DNA of 64,000 nucleotides from an uncultured archaeon (GTDB lineage: Archaea; Iainarchaeota; Iainarchaeia; Iainarchaeales; 1-14-0-10-31-34): positions 288,001 to 352,000 of the forward strand of contig CAZSOZ010000001.1 in assembly GCA_964608675.1 (NCBI GenBank), written 5' to 3'. A model generated the notes under the pieces. It saw only the letters and a program-made list of their open reading frames with translations. It was not told the origin of the DNA and ran no database searches. The position numbers were made by a program, and so were the translations under genes. This document shows, in pieces, positions 19,942 through 29,159 of the stretch; within the stretch, counting starts at the first letter, position 1, and every line of letters starts with the position of its first letter.

Positions 19942-22900
19942 TGGATTCATTGAAGGAAGAACTTAATGCTTTGAAGGGTTTAGTTAAAAAAAAGGAAAAA
20001 AAACCTGAACAAAAAGAAGAGAAAAAACCAGAAAAAAAAACTTCTGCAGAAAAAATTGAAGAACAAAAATCATTTGATTCAAAATCAATTGAATTGCAGG
20101 AAAGCAAGAGTCCTGAATTACAGCCTTTAAAGGAAAACCCTGAAAAAATCCAAAAACAAAATAATTTTCTTGATTCAAAGAAATTTAAGCAGTCTTCTAA
20201 GTTTTCTGAAGCTGAATCAAATTCAAATCCTGTTCTTGATTTCTATTATTTTTTTGAAGACAAATATTATGCTTTTCTGGACAAAGTAAATAATTTTTTT
20301 CCTGTTTATAAGGTAGTTGACCCTATTGATAGAATTCTTCCTTCTTTTCTTTTGTTTTTGGGTTTAATTCTTTTAATTCTTGTTTTATTGTTTTCTGTTT
20401 TTGTTGTTCCTTTTCAGGCTAAAGCAAAACTTACTGTTCAAGTAATTAAAAAGGATTCAGGGAATCCTTTGTCTGATTTTAATGTTGTTGTTTTTGTTGA
20501 CGGAGAAAAAAGTGTTTTTATTACAGATGAAAACGGAAGAATTGTTTTAACTGAACTGGACTTAAATTCAGGCATTAAAATTCAGGTTAAGGGCGTTGAA
20601 AATTATAAGGATTTCGAGCAAATTGTTTTAGTTGAAGAAGAAGAGTCTTTTTTTACTGTTGAGCTTGAAAGAAAAACAGAAATTGATTCAGGCTGGAACA
20701 GTAAAACAGTTTATTTTAAGGATGAATACGGAGACCTTGTCAAGAGTATGCTGAGAATTTCTTTTGAATGCTCTGGCAGTAATTCAGGTTTAAAAATAAA
20801 GAATGAATCAGGTTTGACTGCAAGAACCAGCAAAGGAAGTTTGTTAATTGAATTCAATGATTCCTGCGGTGACATTTTTGTTTCTGTTGAATCAAGCAAT
20901 TACGAAAAAATTGAAGGAGAGCTTTTGTCTGGAAGCAGTGTTTATTTGTCGGCTAAAGCAAGTCCTGAAGGAACAATTCACATTAAAGTTAAATACAACG
21001 GAAGCTTGATTGACAGGAAAATGAAGTTTGCTTTGTTTAATCAGAATGAAACTGAACCAATTGACGGTTTTTCTGAGTCAAGCATTTATTCTGGTTCAAA
21101 GTCTTTTGAGTTTAGTCCTGGAACTTATTTCATTAAAGTGTTTGATGCAAACACTTCTAATCCTGAATATGAATGCCCTGATTCTTCTTCAAAGGAATTA
21201 ACTGAAGGAAACGAAATTGAATTTGTTGTTGAATGCTTTTTGGCGGTTCCTGATGATTCTATTTCTGTGAATGTCTTTGACAAGAATTCAGGAAATGCAG
21301 TTGATTCTGTTATTGAATTAAGAAAGAAAACTGATTCAGGTTTTGAATTCGTTAGAGTTTCAAGAAATGTTTCTTCTGTGAATTTTTCTGTTTCAGATGA
21401 AAACAAGTATATTGTTTTGGTTTCAAGCAGGAATTATTTGCCTTATGAAGGAACTGATTTGCTTTCAAAAGGAGATTCTCTTGAAGTTGAATTAATTAAA
21501 GCATCAAACCAGAATTCCGGCAAAGCTTTAATTAGTGTTTTGGATGCAGATAATAATCCTTCTTCAGGTGCAAAAATTTATTTGAGGTATTCTGACGGAA
21601 AACTAATGGATTTAAGAACGCCTTATTCTGTGTCTTCAGGTTTTAACGGCGAAGCTTTAATTGAGGGAATTAAGCCGGGAAATTATTATGCTGAAGCGTT
21701 TACTAATACGCAAAAAGGTTTTTCTGCTCCAGCCGAAATTGACGCGAACTCTGTTTCCAATTTTACTGTCAGCATGGAAAAATCCCGCGGGTTTGTTGAA
21801 TTAAAGGCTTTTGATTTGGATTCAGGAGATGAATTAGAAAATTTTACTGTTGAATTTTTTGATTCTTTTAGTTTAAGGAAACTTAATGAAAGCGTTTTTG
21901 TTTTTAATCCTTCAACAGGAATTTATGCTTTTGATGCAGGAGAATATTTTGCGGTTGTTTTAAAGAACGGTTTTTATTCAACTCAGACTGCAGTTTTTTC
22001 TGTTTCAAAGAATGCAAAAACTTATGTTAATGTGATGTTAAGAGAAAAAGAACAGGACGATAATCCAGTTTTAATTGATTTTATTGGATTAAAGAAGAAC
22101 GGTCAACCAGTTAATTCTCTTGATTTAGGCGAAGAATATTCAGCTGAATTCAATCTTACTTTAAAGAATGATTCTGATATGTTTTTCTTTAATTTTTTGA
22201 TTGGAACAGGAAAAGAAAATTTAATGCAGGATGATTCTTTGTTTATTTCTTCTGTTTTAACTCCTTTTGATGATGCAGTTGAAGTATTAAAGTCAACTTC
22301 TTTTACTGGAAATTTTTCTGTTGACTTTAATGAAAATTCCACTTCAGGAAATGCTAAAGCTGTTTTGGTTTCATTTAATGAATTTGATAAAGCAGAACTT
22401 GATGCTGAATCTTTTATTGTTTCAGCTAAAATAAAATTAAAAGACAAAATCCTTGATGCAGACAACTTGTCTTTGTTTTACAAGGCTTTGGCTGTGTCTG
22501 ATCCTGAAGAACCTTTTTATTTCCTTGACCCTGAAGATGAAAGGGATTTCAGTTCTTTGCAGGCAAGAACTTATTCTAATGCAAAAACTCAAGGCATTAA
22601 TTTGTGTGAAGAAAATTTTTGTTATTCTTTTTTGGTTGAATCAGTTTCTTCTGATGATTCATGCAAAGTAATCAGGCATGGTTCTGTTTCAAGCCTTAAA
22701 ATTAATTGTCCTTATAATTTGATTTCTTTTCTTTTAAACAACAAAAAAGATTATGATTCAGTTAATTTTTTTGTTCAGAATTCTTCTTTGGAGATTCCTT
22801 CTGTTCTTTTGAATGCAGTTGAATTCAATGATTATTTGATTGAAACAAAACAAAATAATTTTTCAGACACAGCTAACAGCAGTGTTATTGAAGTTTCTCT

Positions 22901-25900
22901 GCCTTTTAATTTAAATCATTTAATTTATTCTGATGCAAATTTTATTCCAGTTAATTTAATTAAAAGTGACTCAAAAATTCCTGCAATTGAATCAGGGATT
23001 TCAAAAACAGGAAAAATTGATTCTAATTTCCTTGAACTTCAAATAAGAAGCGATTTAAATCTGAATGTGTTTGTTTCTCCTGCTGAAGTTCCTGCTTTCA
23101 CTCAAACTGATTTAACTGTTGAAGTTTTGGATGAACAGGGAAACTCAATTGAATTTGCTTCAGTTAAATTGAAGATTCAGGATTCTGTTTCAGGGCAAAC
23201 TTTAAATTTAGGTCCTTTGGATACGGATTCTTTTGGCAAAGCAGTTTTTATTGGAAGCAATGCAGTTCCTGAATTGAATCCTAATTCCAGAATTGAAATC
23301 ATAGTTGAAGCAGAAGACCTTGAACCAAAATCAAAAATAATTTTTGTAGGCAAACCCATTACTTTTGATTTTTCTCCAAAAACTTTTTTGATGGTGTTTT
23401 CTCCTTTGGATAATTCAATTCATTCAGTTGACTTGAATTTTTTTAGTTTATTGGATGAAGATTCTGATGTAAGGCAGGAAATAACGGGTTATTCTATTGA
23501 ATTTGAATCTAATTCAGATTTTTTTGTTGAAAAATCTTTGTATGGGTATCAAAGAGAGTTTGTTCCTGAAGGAATTTTAACTGAATTCAAGCTTTCTTTG
23601 GATACATCCAAAACAGAAAATTTGACTTCTACTCTGGCTGTTGATGCAAATCTTAATCTTACAATAAGAACAGGAAATTATTTTTTTATTGAATCAATTC
23701 CTTTTAAAGTTTTAATTAATCCGCTGTCTGATTACGTTAAAGCGCAATTCAAAGGAAAAGACGTTAATTCAGATAATCCTGTTGTTGTTTCGTTGTTTTC
23801 TGATTCAATTTCTTCTGTCGGAGAATTTGATTTAGTCAGAAAAAATTCTTTGGCTGAACAAATTAAAATTAATGAAATTCAATTGGTGTTGTCTTCTGCT
23901 TTTGTTGATTTTCCGCAAACTGAATTCAGCTTGAATTCTCATCAAGAAAGGTTTATTTCTTCGGTTCCTTTGACGGTTGATTTTACTGTTTTTTTGAATG
24001 ATTTAGCTGAATTTGTTGATGAAAAAACAATTGAAAACGCAGGAATTTTCTTTGAGTTTAATGCAGACAACAAAAAAGATTTTTTGATGGTGCCTTTAAC
24101 AATTGAAATAATTCCTGAAAATGATGCGTTGAAAACTTTTCCTAAAAACCTGAATTACAGTTTTTATTTAAGAGAGGATTCTCCTGAAACAATTTTTAGG
24201 ACAGTCAATTTTAAAAGCGAGTCAAGCGATTTTCCAATTACTATTACTTCTGTTGGATTTGAATTGGATTCTGAGTTAGTTTCTCAAGGAGAAATTCAGG
24301 GAATGGATACTCCTTCTTTAATCAGGAATGAAGGAAGGGATGCAAATTTTTTCTTGTCTTTGACTGAAGCAGGAAAAGCTCTTCAAACCAGCAGAGTAAT
24401 TGACGCAAACCTTTCAGTTTATTATGAAGTTAAAGGAAAAGAGTTAAATGAAAAAATTCCTGTTAATATTTCAATTTTAACTGTTCCTGAAGACATTGAA
24501 TCCCAGACTTTTGATTTAAAAGCGTGTATTGGAGAAGGCTCTCTGCAGGACTCTAAAGAAAACTTTGAAGTGGATTTTTGGATTGGATGCAATTTAAGTG
24601 AATTGTCTAATTCAGATTTAAGGGAATGTTATTCTGGTGCAGAAGAAAAACCAAAAATTCTTCTTGACTGGAAATTTAATTCTTTTTCTGTTAATTCTTT
24701 TGATTCTGAAGGCTCTTGTACAAAGAGTTCTGCTGAAGACAATTCTTATGTTTACTGCGATGGAGCACAGTTTTCAATGGAATTAATTAACAGAATAATT
24801 GAATTCAAAAAAGAAAATTCTGAAGGAAATTTTTCTTTTAAAGCAGTGCTTATTTCAGATAATTTTTCTTTTGATTTTTTTGATGATTTTGATGAATGGG
24901 CAGTAAACAATGTTTTAACTGCAGGAACTCCTGCTTCTTACAATCAAACAGAAGAAGAAGCTGATTATGGAATTGTAAGAAAGTATTTTCATCAAAACAG
25001 AATTGATGTTTTTGTTAACGGAGTACCGCAGACTGAAATTAATTCTCCGGGCTGGTATGATGTTTCAGTTAATGCTGGCGAAAAACTTGAATTGCATTTT
25101 AATTTAATTCAGTCGTCTTCTCAGCTTGAAAGAGAAAAAGATTATGTGTTTTATTATATTCCTTTTGATGGAGAAATCGGATTAAATAATTCTGTTTTTA
25201 ACAGGCCTGATTATGGTTCAAGTTTTGATGTTGTTTCTTCTTCCGGAAACTTTAAAGTAAATGAATCAGGTTTCAGTATTTTTTCTTCTCAGGAAATTTC
25301 CGGTTTTAGTTCTTTGTGGTTCAGGCAGATTAATGATTTTAGTTTAATTAATTCAATTGAACCAAAAGGCACTTTATTGAAGTTAACTAAAAACGCAGAA
25401 GACAAAACAATTGATTTTTATCAGGGGTTTGCTACTCCTTTGGCTTTGAAGGCAGTTTTGTCTCAGACAGCAGACCCTGCTTTAATTTATTATTCTGTTT
25501 TAAATCAAAACCAGCAGGCCTTGAATCTTCAGTCTGATAACTTAATTGAATGGCAAGGATTAGGAAACCAGTGCATTGATTTTTCTGGAAATGAAATGCA
25601 AAACAAACTTTATTCTGATTTAAAAGCTGATTCTTCTGACCAGCCAAACGTTGACTCAGACACTTCTTTTAAGTTAATGTGGCCAAGCGCTCTTCATACA
25701 GGCTCCAATTTTTATTTTGGTTTGGCGTTCACTCCTGTTAATTCAGATTCTTATTATTTAAATATTGTGAATTATTCCGGAAACCCTTTTGAATTAATTA
25801 AATTGTATTCAAGGAATTCAGATGATGAAAGCAATCCTTCTGCTGAAAAAAACTTTATTGAATTGAATGGTTTGGAGGGAGTAAATTTTAATCATGCTCC

Positions 25901-26075
25901 GAATTCTTATTCTGATTCAATGCAGGATTTATTCAATTTAATTGAACAGGATTATGCCTGCATTACAAATCAAGCCAATACAACTTATGTTTTGTGGAAT
26001 AAAGAAAAATTTTTGAATGAAATGAATTCAAGAATTAACAGTTTGAATCCAGAGAATTTGTGTATTATTGAATAA
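19941..26075 (+). CDS. Giant (~2040 aa) membrane-anchored surface protein with tandem Ig/carboxypeptidase-regulatory-like domains
   Basis: TAATG coupling to the upstream gene; one TM near residue 150; repeated V.V.D..GN.I..A.V motifs. Confidence 0.8.
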   Translation: MDSLKEELNALKGLVKKKEKKPEQKEEKKPEKKTSAEKIEEQKSFDSKSIELQESKSPELQPLKENPEKIQKQNNFLDSKKFKQSSKFSEAESNSNPVLDFYYFFEDKYYAFLDKVNNFFPVYKVVDPIDRILPSFLLFLGLILLILVLLFSVFVVPFQAKAKLTVQVIKKDSGNPLSDFNVVVFVDGEKSVFITDENGRIVLTELDLNSGIKIQVKGVENYKDFEQIVLVEEEESFFTVELERKTEIDSGWNSKTVYFKDEYGDLVKSMLRISFECSGSNSGLKIKNESGLTARTSKGSLLIEFNDSCGDIFVSVESSNYEKIEGELLSGSSVYLSAKASPEGTIHIKVKYNGSLIDRKMKFALFNQNETEPIDGFSESSIYSGSKSFEFSPGTYFIKVFDANTSNPEYECPDSSSKELTEGNEIEFVVECFLAVPDDSISVNVFDKNSGNAVDSVIELRKKTDSGFEFVRVSRNVSSVNFSVSDENKYIVLVSSRNYLPYEGTDLLSKGDSLEVELIKASNQNSGKALISVLDADNNPSSGAKIYLRYSDGKLMDLRTPYSVSSGFNGEALIEGIKPGNYYAEAFTNTQKGFSAPAEIDANSVSNFTVSMEKSRGFVELKAFDLDSGDELENFTVEFFDSFSLRKLNESVFVFNPSTGIYAFDAGEYFAVVLKNGFYSTQTAVFSVSKNAKTYVNVMLREKEQDDNPVLIDFIGLKKNGQPVNSLDLGEEYSAEFNLTLKNDSDMFFFNFLIGTGKENLMQDDSLFISSVLTPFDDAVEVLKSTSFTGNFSVDFNENSTSGNAKAVLVSFNEFDKAELDAESFIVSAKIKLKDKILDADNLSLFYKALAVSDPEEPFYFLDPEDERDFSSLQARTYSNAKTQGINLCEENFCYSFLVESVSSDDSCKVIRHGSVSSLKINCPYNLISFLLNNKKDYDSVNFFVQNSSLEIPSVLLNAVEFNDYLIETKQNNFSDTANSSVIEVSLPFNLNHLIYSDANFIPVNLIKSDSKIPAIESGISKTGKIDSNFLELQIRSDLNLNVFVSPAEVPAFTQTDLTVEVLDEQGNSIEFASVKLKIQDSVSGQTLNLGPLDTDSFGKAVFIGSNAVPELNPNSRIEIIVEAEDLEPKSKIIFVGKPITFDFSPKTFLMVFSPLDNSIHSVDLNFFSLLDEDSDVRQEITGYSIEFESNSDFFVEKSLYGYQREFVPEGILTEFKLSLDTSKTENLTSTLAVDANLNLTIRTGNYFFIESIPFKVLINPLSDYVKAQFKGKDVNSDNPVVVSLFSDSISSVGEFDLVRKNSLAEQIKINEIQLVLSSAFVDFPQTEFSLNSHQERFISSVPLTVDFTVFLNDLAEFVDEKTIENAGIFFEFNADNKKDFLMVPLTIEIIPENDALKTFPKNLNYSFYLREDSPETIFRTVNFKSESSDFPITITSVGFELDSELVSQGEIQGMDTPSLIRNEGRDANFFLSLTEAGKALQTSRVIDANLSVYYEVKGKELNEKIPVNISILTVPEDIESQTFDLKACIGEGSLQDSKENFEVDFWIGCNLSELSNSDLRECYSGAEEKPKILLDWKFNSFSVNSFDSEGSCTKSSAEDNSYVYCDGAQFSMELINRIIEFKKENSEGNFSFKAVLISDNFSFDFFDDFDEWAVNNVLTAGTPASYNQTEEEADYGIVRKYFHQNRIDVFVNGVPQTEINSPGWYDVSVNAGEKLELHFNLIQSSSQLEREKDYVFYYIPFDGEIGLNNSVFNRPDYGSSFDVVSSSGNFKVNESGFSIFSSQEISGFSSLWFRQINDFSLINSIEPKGTLLKLTKNAEDKTIDFYQGFATPLALKAVLSQTADPALIYYSVLNQNQQALNLQSDNLIEWQGLGNQCIDFSGNEMQNKLYSDLKADSSDQPNVDSDTSFKLMWPSALHTGSNFYFGLAFTPVNSDSYYLNIVNYSGNPFELIKLYSRNSDDESNPSAEKNFIELNGLEGVNFNHAPNSYSDSMQDLFNLIEQDYACITNQANTTYVLWNKEKFLNEMNSRINSLNPENLCIIE

Positions 26076-27272
26076 TTAATTTAATTGAGAGTCAATTATT
26101 GAATTAATTTTTTCTGGGTCAAAACCTAATTTAATTAATTTTGTCTGGCCTTTTATGCCTGGACCTGAAGCTGAAGTTAAAATTAATCCGTATGTTTCAA
26201 GTTCGTTTATGTACTGCCTGTACCATCTTGAACTCACTATGGTTTCCTTTAAATTTAATGCTAATTGCTTGTATTTTTCGTATACTTCTCCTGAATAAAG
26301 AACTCCTTGTTCTTCTTTTCCTGTTATTTTTTTGATTCCTTTTGTACTCATAGACAAAACTGCTATTGCTTTTAAAACCAACTGTTGTTGTTCAGGCAAA
26401 GTGGAAACCATATTAAAAATTATGTCTTCTTCTACTTTCTTTTTTGCTTTTTGTACTTCCAAATCAGTTACTTTTTTTTTGCTGTCTTTTTCTGCTATTT
26501 CTCCTGCTCTCATTAACAGCATTACTGCTGTTCTTGCGTCCCCTGATTCCTGTGCAGCAATTGCTGATGCAAGGTTTACTGCAGATTCTGCTACTGCTTC
26601 AGGAAAGAAAGCTAATTCAACTCTTGCATTAAGTATTGCTCTTAATTCTTCTGCGTTGTATGGCGGAAAAACCATTTCTTTTTCGCATAAAGAGCTTTTT
26701 GTTCTTGCATCAAGTTTTTCTTTGAATATTAAATTATTTGATATTCCTATAATTGAGATTCCTCCTTTTTCTATTTCGTCGTTGCTTCTGCTTAAAGAAT
26801 ACACTAATTCATCTACGTCTTTTACTTTGTCTATTTCATCTAAAATCAGTATTATTTGGCTTCCTTTACTGCAGTATTCAATTAATTTTTCTTGAATGAA
26901 TCCTGCTGAATAACCAATAAAATTGTCTTTTGGATAAAATTTTTTTACTGCTTTAATTAAAACCTTGTATTTTGAGTTATGGTTTCTGCAGTTAATGTAA
27001 TTGCATGAAACTTTTGCCTGATTTTTTTCTGCAAATTCTTCTAATTGTTTTATTACGTGCAAGGTTACAGTTGTTTTTCCTGTTCCTACTTTTCCATATA
27101 AAAATAAGTTGTCGGGTTTTTTTGATTTCAATGACGGAGCAAGAATTTTTGTTATTTCTTCTATTTGTTTTTCTCTGAAAGGAAGTTCTTTTGGAAAATA
27201 ATGCTGGCTGATTGCATCCCTGTCTTTGAAAATGGTTTCCCTGTTTAATTCTTTTTCAAATAAATTTGGCAT
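26076..27272 (-). CDS. cdc6: Orc1/Cdc6 replication initiator
   Basis: GKVGTGKT, ILDEID, FPPYNAEEL, GDAR motifs and a C-terminal winged helix. Confidence 0.95.
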   Translation of the reverse strand: MPNLFEKELNRETIFKDRDAISQHYFPKELPFREKQIEEITKILAPSLKSKKPDNLFLYGKVGTGKTTVTLHVIKQLEEFAEKNQAKVSCNYINCRNHNSKYKVLIKAVKKFYPKDNFIGYSAGFIQEKLIEYCSKGSQIILILDEIDKVKDVDELVYSLSRSNDEIEKGGISIIGISNNLIFKEKLDARTKSSLCEKEMVFPPYNAEELRAILNARVELAFFPEAVAESAVNLASAIAAQESGDARTAVMLLMRAGEIAEKDSKKKVTDLEVQKAKKKVEEDIIFNMVSTLPEQQQLVLKAIAVLSMSTKGIKKITGKEEQGVLYSGEVYEKYKQLALNLKETIVSSRWYRQYINELETYGLILTSASGPGIKGQTKLIKLGFDPEKINSIIDSQLN

Positions 27273-27382
27273 CAATAACTTTTTAATTTAAAAATGAATT
27301 TAAACTCAACTCCTTTTTTTTCACATTCTTTTTAAAATATGTTCTTTTCAGGTAATATTGTAGAATTTCGTTTTTTTTAGGG

Positions 27383-27748
27383 GTGATATTTTTGGGTTTC
27401 ATGGATAAAATGTTCAAGAAACAAGAAGATTCTGTTGATATTGAAGAATTTTTAAATAATTTGGATGTAGAAGAAGAAACAATGGTGGAAGAAGCAGATG
27501 CTTATGTTAAACCTGTTTCTCTTACAGGAGACGAAGACACTGTTATGGTAACAGATGAATTAAAGAAAGGAAACATTGTTCTTCTTAACATAGGCGATTT
27601 ATCAAAAAGAAATGCAATTAAATTAAGGGAATTAGTTGGAAGAATCAAAGGAGTCGCAGACGAAATTAACGGAGACATTGCAAGAATTTCTACTGAAAGA
27701 ATTCTGGTTACTCCTTCAAAAGTTAAAATTATTAAGAGAAAAGAGTAA
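27383..27748 (+). CDS. sepF: Cell division protein SepF
   Basis: ELKKGNIVLLNI...INGDIARI...ILVTP archaeal SepF pattern. Confidence 0.85.
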   Translation: MIFLGFMDKMFKKQEDSVDIEEFLNNLDVEEETMVEEADAYVKPVSLTGDEDTVMVTDELKKGNIVLLNIGDLSKRNAIKLRELVGRIKGVADEINGDIARISTERILVTPSKVKIIKRKE

Positions 27749-27757
27749 TCTTTTATT

Positions 27758-28525
27758 ATGAAGTTAAAAGAAAATTCTTTTCCTTTGTCTTTTTCTTTAG
27801 ATAATGCAACTTCTTTTATTAAATCTGTTTTAGAAGAAAAAGACTGGCATGAATTTGAAGTAATTGAAGTCAAAATAGTTTTTTTTCCTTATTATTTTTT
27901 TTCTTATGAAGCCTTTTTTGAATCCGAAAAACACGGAAAAAAAATTGTTTCTGAAACAGCAAATGGAAAGCTTGCTTTGAATGGAATTACAGGGCAATTA
28001 GATGACTCTGTTTCTTTTCCTTCTTCAGATGAATTAGTTCAGGAAATAGATGAACTTCCTGAAAACATTCCTTTTCAGGAGGAATCTTTTGAATTAAATG
28101 AAAAAATCGAGGAAATCCTTAAAATTAAAACTGCAGGGCATTTAAAGACAGCAAAAGAAACTGTTGTAATTCATTCAATTAAAAAAGTTTTGTATCCTGT
28201 CTGGGTAATTGATTTTTCTGTTGAAGAACAAATTTATCAGTTTATGGTTTCAGGAACAGATGGAAGCATTATTTCAGAAGAAGAAATTCCTGAAAGACAA
28301 CAAGGTTTTTGGGAAATTACTTCAGAAACGCTTGCTGAATTAAAGTCTCCTTCTTCTTGGATTAATTATACTACTTCAATTGTTTCTGATTCAGCAAATT
28401 TTATTTCTAAAACCACTTTTTCTGGCAGTTTAATTTACGGTTTTCTGCATAACTGGAAATATCAGACGTTTATTTTATTGATAATTTTAATTTTGGTGGT
28501 TCTCTGGACTTATGGAATCATTTAG
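27758..28525 (+). CDS. Hypothetical protein with C-terminal TM
   Basis: Follows sepF; two internal [FL]xP[YV][YW] repeats; C-terminal hydrophobic anchor. Confidence 0.7.
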   Translation: MKLKENSFPLSFSLDNATSFIKSVLEEKDWHEFEVIEVKIVFFPYYFFSYEAFFESEKHGKKIVSETANGKLALNGITGQLDDSVSFPSSDELVQEIDELPENIPFQEESFELNEKIEEILKIKTAGHLKTAKETVVIHSIKKVLYPVWVIDFSVEEQIYQFMVSGTDGSIISEEEIPERQQGFWEITSETLAELKSPSSWINYTTSIVSDSANFISKTTFSGSLIYGFLHNWKYQTFILLIILILVVLWTYGII

Positions 28526-28935
28526 TTTTTTTTGGGTTTTTCCAGAAAATCAAAATGATAATTTAATGCTTTTTCTGTTTTATATAAAACGCTTTTTCCA
28601 GGACTGCCTTTAAATATATTGAAAGTAATTCTTTTTCCTGTAAACTTATTTTTTAATGTTAAAGCATTCCCTGATTTTTTTGGTGTTTTAACAGCATAAA
28701 ATCCAAGTTTTTGAAATAACCCTGTTATTTGTTTGCAGTCCATTTTTTTTATTTCTTCAAAAACCATTTTTCTGTGAGTCCTTGGAATTGTTTTGTGTTT
28801 TCTTAAAAGCATTTCAAATTTTGTTTGAAAACCAGTATTTTTTTTGAATCTTCTTATTTTTCCTCTGCAGACATATTCCTGTAAAGGATTGATTTTTCTT
28901 TTTGGTTTTTTTAATTTTTTAATTGGTTTAGGCAT
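28522..28935 (-). CDS. Basic protein with possible degenerate HicA-like C-terminal domain
   Basis: Likely start MPKP at 28935; LFQKLGF...KSGN...GKRITF resembles the HicA fold but lacks the GSH histidine. Confidence 0.5.
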   Translation of the reverse strand: MPKPIKKLKKPKRKINPLQEYVCRGKIRRFKKNTGFQTKFEMLLRKHKTIPRTHRKMVFEEIKKMDCKQITGLFQKLGFYAVKTPKKSGNALTLKNKFTGKRITFNIFKGSPGKSVLYKTEKALNYHFDFLEKPKKN

Positions 28936-28964
28936 AATTAATTCAGTATTTGTTTTTTGTTTTA

Positions 28965-29133
28965 TTATAAACAATTATAAACATTTTTTAAGAACCCTGG
29001 AATGTCTTTAGAATTGAAGGAAAAGTCTATTGCAATTCCTTTAAGGTTAATTAATTTGTTTCCATTAAATTTGTAGCCTAAAGCAAGTAATTCTGTTTTC
29101 CTTTTTTTTTAAAGGCTTGTTTCTTTTCGGCAT
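28965..29133 (-). pseudogene. Small ORF frameshifted in an A9 run
   Basis: Removing one A gives MPKRNKPLKKRKTELLALGYKFNGNKLINLKGIAIDFSFNSKDIPGFLKNVYNCL*. As written it stops after 22 aa. Confidence 0.35.
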
Positions 29134-29159
29134 CACAAAACTAATCCAAAACAGTTTTT

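Noticed and set aside
27273-27382. Replication origin next to cdc6
   Set aside because: No ORB-like (GTTCCAGTGGAAAC / G-string) repeats are visible, the gap is short, and there is no apparent skew switch.
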